Source of the DNA: Geobacter sulfurreducens PCA
GTDB lineage: Bacteria > Desulfobacterota > Desulfuromonadia > Geobacterales > Geobacteraceae
Direction of reading: 5' to 3'
DNA: 32,000 nucleotides
NCBI RefSeq assembly: GCF_000007985.2
Contig: NC_002939.5
Coordinates: 1,320,001-1,352,000, forward strand
Shown: piece after piece, positions 30,452-32,000 of the stretch
How positions within the stretch are numbered: position 1 is the stretch's first letter
Layout of the letters: each line of letters opens with the position of its first letter
Position numbers and translations under genes: made by a program
The notes under the pieces: model-generated
The model's input: the letters and a program-made list of their open reading frames with translations, nothing else
Databases searched by the model: none
Told to the model about the DNA's origin: nothing

Positions 30452-32000
30452 ATGACCAATCCCGAGCGGGCCGCACGGCGCGCGGCGCGAAAAATACGTT
30501 TCTACGAGTCACCGGTCAGGATCACCATCGCCCTGGGCGGCATTATCTTCGTGGCCGAAGCCGTTGTTATGGTCGTGATGGTGCATGTCCTGCGTTTCCC
30601 GGGCAGGGCACCCGTTGTCGACCTGTTTACCGATTCGCTGATGCTGCTTCTGCTCATCGCCCCGTTTCTCCACCGATTCATCTTCAAACCGATGGCCGCC
30701 CAGATCGCCCAGCGAGAAGAGGCCGAGACCCGCCTAAGGAGGTATCAGTCCAACCTGGAATCGCTGGTGGAGGACCGGACTGCCCGACTGACCGAGGCAA
30801 TCGAGGAGCTGGAGCGTGAAATCGTCGAGCGGAAACGGACCGAAGAGGCGCTTCTCAGGAGCGAGGAGCGTTTCCGTCAACTGTTCGAACAGACCGAGGA
30901 TGCCATTATCCTCTTTCGCCCCGGCGGGTGTCGCATCATCGACGTGAATCCGGTTGCGGAGAGACTCTACGGCTTTTCCAAAAAGGAGTTCTTCGAGCTT
31001 GGGCTCGAGTCGTTGATGGGCCCCAGTGATCTCGATACGTTCTGCCGGGCCATCGGCCAGGTCAGGATGGGAGACTCGATCCGGATCGACACCATGACCC
31101 ACACCCGCAAGGACGGCTCGGAAGTCATCGTTTCGGTGCGGGGCAAAATGGTTACGATCCAGCAGGTTGACATGGTTTACTGCACTATCCGCGACATTTC
31201 GAAGCGGATTCGCCTCGAGAAGGAAAGCCGGCTGATCCAGGCAAGGCTCATTCATACCAACAAGATGACCTCCCTGGGGGTGCTCGTGGCCAGCATCGCC
31301 CACGAGATCAACAACCCGAACAACTACATCATGGTCAACTCGGAGATACTGCGCCGTTCCTGGAACGACATCTATCCGATCCTGCGCGACTATTACGACG
31401 AACATGGTGACTTTACCATTGGCGGCATCCCTTTTTCGGAGATGCGGGAGGCCTTCCCCGAACTGATTGCAGGGGTCCACGACGGTGCGCGCAGGATTCG
31501 CGATATCGTCAACAATCTCAAGGATTTTGCGCGCAACGAGGCTTGCTCAATCGCGGGAAACGTGGACGTGAACCGGGCCATAACCATGGCGGCGACCATG
31601 CTGAACCACCAGATCCGCAAGCATACGCGGCATTTCCGGCTGGAACTCGCCGAAGATCTCCCGCTTGTCCGGGGGAGCCTCCAGCAGCTCGAACAGGTCA
31701 TCATCAACCTGATCATGAATGCAATCCAGGCGTTGCCCACCGAGGAGCGGGGCGTAACGGTTTCGACCACCCGCGACGGGAACGACGGGGGGGTAGTGAT
31801 CAGGGTTGCGGACCAGGGCAGCGGCATTCCGATCGAGATCTCCGACAGCATTCTGGAGCCGTTTTTTACGACGCGCCTCGACAGCGGCGGCACGGGGCTG
31901 GGGCTCGCCATCTGCCATTCGATCGTCCGGGATCATGGGGGGGACCTGGAGTTCACGTCAGTGCCGGGCGAAGGAACTATCTTTACCGTACACCTGCCTG
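30452..32000 (+). CDS. Membrane-bound PAS-domain sensor histidine kinase (3' end outside the window); absent from the ORF track
   Basis: Hand translation from ATG 30452 is open to the window end. It shows two TM helices (ITIALGGIIFVAEAVVMVVMV, LMLLLLIAPFL), a coiled coil, a PAS domain (SEERFRQLFEQTEDAIILF...DVNPVAERLYGFSKKEF), the H-box SIAHEINNP, the N-box NLIMNAIQA, G1 DQGSGIP and G2 GGTGLGLAI. Confidence 0.9.
   Translation, partial: MTNPERAARRAARKIRFYESPVRITIALGGIIFVAEAVVMVVMVHVLRFPGRAPVVDLFTDSLMLLLLIAPFLHRFIFKPMAAQIAQREEAETRLRRYQSNLESLVEDRTARLTEAIEELEREIVERKRTEEALLRSEERFRQLFEQTEDAIILFRPGGCRIIDVNPVAERLYGFSKKEFFELGLESLMGPSDLDTFCRAIGQVRMGDSIRIDTMTHTRKDGSEVIVSVRGKMVTIQQVDMVYCTIRDISKRIRLEKESRLIQARLIHTNKMTSLGVLVASIAHEINNPNNYIMVNSEILRRSWNDIYPILRDYYDEHGDFTIGGIPFSEMREAFPELIAGVHDGARRIRDIVNNLKDFARNEACSIAGNVDVNRAITMAATMLNHQIRKHTRHFRLELAEDLPLVRGSLQQLEQVIINLIMNAIQALPTEERGVTVSTTRDGNDGGVVIRVADQGSGIPIEISDSILEPFFTTRLDSGGTGLGLAICHSIVRDHGGDLEFTSVPGEGTIFTVHLP

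Noticed and set aside
30442-31936. ORFs 30442-30819 (+), 30734-31480 (-), 31393-31911 (-) and 31547-31936 (-)
   Set aside because: All are alternative or antisense frames of the histidine kinase gene (30452 onward), whose H, N, G1 and G2 boxes are unambiguous.
1-32000. Scan for CRISPR arrays, rRNA, tRNA, and prophage or defence-island signatures
   Set aside because: I saw no regularly spaced direct repeats, no tRNA-like T-loop/acceptor patterns and no rRNA-like segments by eye. The only mobile-element trace is the ISL3 stump. A tRNAscan/Infernal run would be needed to exclude small RNAs rigorously.

Overview
GC-rich (by eye about 60%) bacterial chromosomal window. Its gene content looks Geobacter/Desulfuromonadales-like: multiheme cytochromes, a GEMM riboswitch and a split archaeal-type glutamate synthase. 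This taxonomic call is inference only. Most of the window is housekeeping: a cydC-like ABC exporter (5' partial), yacG-gltX, amt, the five-gene glutamate synthase operon, an aspartate aminotransferase, coaD, rsmD, a class II aldolase, dgt and sppA.

The more unusual content is:
1. A cluster at about 9.8-15.7 kb holds an MtrA-like decaheme (10 CXXCH, with a lipobox) and an MtrB/PioB-like 700-aa outer-membrane barrel. No MtrC-type partner is present. The pair is flanked by an orphan MlaF-like ATPase, a periplasmic COG2984-type binding protein, a stand-alone receiver and a 130-aa protein ending in CHNCGCGC.
2. Three separate cyclic-dinucleotide sensing elements are present: an MshEN-REC fusion with both 24-residue c-di-GMP motifs, a DUF1858 + membrane-anchored PilZ pair, and a GEMM-I riboswitch. 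The riboswitch has an A at the position that, as I recall, marks cGAMP-selective Geobacter variants. It is coupled to a terminator upstream of an uncharacterised secreted protein.
3. Sigma54 -24/-12 promoters lie in front of amt and of the glutamate synthase operon.
4. A 180-nt stretch is extremely G/T-rich and C-poor on the + strand.
5. A deacetylase / GNAT-like / TPR operon has overlapping genes, and an ISL3 transposase remnant is present.

Three likely genes are absent from the ORF track: two short ORFs below its size cut-off, and a PAS histidine kinase that runs off the 3' edge. I saw no rRNA, tRNA or CRISPR array. Many long ORFs in the track are antisense shadow frames typical of high-GC DNA.
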